From positions 1 to 52,514 of the IMG/VR virus record IMGVR_UViG_3300045988_014767: DNA of 52,514 nucleotides, one strand, 5' to 3'. This DNA comes from a virus. The position numbers were made by a program, and so were the translations under genes. Below, piece by piece: positions 51,585 to 52,514 of this stretch. Every line of letters begins with the position of its first letter. Position 1 is the stretch's first letter. Under the pieces are notes generated by a model, which saw only the letters and a list, made by a program, of their open reading frames with translations, did no database searches and was not told the origin of the DNA.

Positions 51585-52321
51585 TCTTCGTTTGCTTTTT
51601 TGGTTGAACCTTGATTTTTTCTTTTCGGGAACTCATATTCACGTTTTTGCCATGTAACCATTGCGGCTTTCCAATCTTTCATTTTGTTCTTTCCGACCAT
51701 CCAATTTTTTGATTGGTAAAAGGCAATGAATGCTTCCGCATCAAACGTGTAATTCATTTCCTTAATTCTTGCCTTGACTTCTTCAAGGGTGGGCGGCACA
51801 AACCGCTTGGCGGTTTCGTGCTTTTCTTTAATACTTTCTTTTATATTATTCTTTTCTTTTATTTCCTTTTCTTTATGTCCTGCACTTGCATTGCTTGTGG
51901 TATGCACTTGCATTTCATTAGCATTATTGACAATCGGATTATCTGTTGATTGGATGGATGCTTGGCTTTGATTTTCAAGGTTATGCCGCCATCGTGCCAA
52001 TGCTGCCAACTTCCGTTTGTCGGAAATATCCTTGCGGCGGTTCAAACGGTTCAAAACGCTTTCCGACCACATTTTTTCACCATCATTTTTGAACAATCCA
52101 TAATCATGCACAAGCCTTTCAACCACGTTGCAATCCACGTGCAATGCAAATGCAATGCTTTTGCAAGAACGTATCGGCAATGTGCCGCCTTGCTCATATA
52201 GTTGTTCAATGATGCACCAAAACACGCCGATGCCCTCAACGCCAAGGTCAATCAAAACATCTTGCAATTTAGGGTCATTCCGGGCATTATAATCGTGCTG
52301 GAAATAGAATGTTTCTTTCAT
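51578..52321 (-). CDS. Replisome organizer (DUF4373 / Lin1244 N-terminal domain)
   Basis: FYFQHDYNARNDPKLQDVLIDLGVEGIGVFWCIIEQLYE, followed by a KE-rich linker. Confidence 0.7.
   Translation of the reverse strand: MKETFYFQHDYNARNDPKLQDVLIDLGVEGIGVFWCIIEQLYEQGGTLPIRSCKSIAFALHVDCNVVERLVHDYGLFKNDGEKMWSESVLNRLNRRKDISDKRKLAALARWRHNLENQSQASIQSTDNPIVNNANEMQVHTTSNASAGHKEKEIKEKNNIKESIKEKHETAKRFVPPTLEEVKARIKEMNYTFDAEAFIAFYQSKNWMVGKNKMKDWKAAMVTWQKREYEFPKRKNQGSTKKANEEW
51881..51914. repeat. Direct repeat TGCACTTGCATT x2 (22-nt spacing) next to an AT-rich linker-coding tract inside the organizer gene
   Basis: Copies at 51881..51892 and 51903..51914, with an AT-rich tract at ~51830..51877. A related word GCAATGCAAATGCAATGC lies at 52141..52158. 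Confidence 0.5.
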
Positions 52322-52514
52322 GGCTGCTTGTGCTTTAATGATTCACCATATCCGAATAATGCAAAATCATACTTGCAAGGGTCTTGGATGTCGAAATCAC
52401 GCAACTTGTCGGTCAATTCCTCAACCGCCAACCTGTCATCCTGCTTTCTTGTAAGCAAGCCAAGTTCACGCCCGATTCTGCCAACATGGACATCCAAGGG
52501 GATGAACAAAGATG
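52318..52514 (-). CDS. TIGR02757/DUF2400 family protein, C-terminal part (continues from 702..1 across the junction)
   Basis: ...IPLDVHVGRIGRELGLLTRKQDDRLAVEELTDKLRDFDIQDPCKYDFALFGYG, with the stop at 52318. Confidence 0.75.
   Translation of the reverse strand, partial: SLFIPLDVHVGRIGRELGLLTRKQDDRLAVEELTDKLRDFDIQDPCKYDFALFGYGESLKHKQP
52396..52514. repeat. Terminal direct repeat, right copy (identical to 1..119)
   Basis: Same 119 nt as the window start. Confidence 0.95.

Larger units (their letters stand above)
1..52514. mobile_element. Complete temperate siphovirus-like phage genome, circularly closed contig (unit 52,395 bp), Bacteroidales-type
   Basis: Full set of integrase, repressor, replication, packaging, head, tail and lysis genes. 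Exact 119-bp terminal overlap. One gene reads across the junction. Confidence 0.85.

Overview
The window is one complete, circularly closed genome (unit length 52,395 bp) of a temperate siphovirus-like phage. Positions 1..119 repeat 52396..52514 exactly, and a TIGR02757/DUF2400 gene reads through that junction. Host affiliation looks Bacteroidales: TAnnTTTG/-33 TTTG promoter boxes, a Bacteroides-type tyrosine integrase and a DUF3853 HTH protein. Nearly all genes are on the minus strand, in these modules: replication (DUF4373 organizer, DnaC-like loader, Rha and DnaA-domain-IV proteins, exonuclease, two orphan methyltransferases, MazG, SSB, RuvC-like); packaging and head (ParB-like, TerS, TerL, portal, Mu-F-like, scaffold, decoration, lambda-E-like capsid); tail (major tail, frameshifted chaperones, 1551-aa tape measure, LamG-Dit, 1659-aa fibre); lysis (holin, GH108 endolysin, u-spanin); early recombination (RecT-like, Rad50/SbcC-like ATPase, MBL-fold hydrolase). 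Two plus-strand islands interrupt this layout: a lysogeny module (XRE regulator, lipoprotein, second HTH, integrase, attP with arm repeats) and an accessory island inside the head operon holding an antirepressor. The main result is a diversity-generating retroelement with RT, a 116-nt TR and two VRs. VR1 ends a tail-fibre-module protein. VR2 is a remote, shorter repeat ending an acidic, signal-less early-operon protein. All 35 TR/VR differences fall on TR adenines. Other observations are a possible RNA switch in the antirepressor leader, helically phased iterons, and two recurrent intergenic motifs (a 15-mer and a 17-mer). All calls come from manual reading and recalled family motifs; no searches were run.
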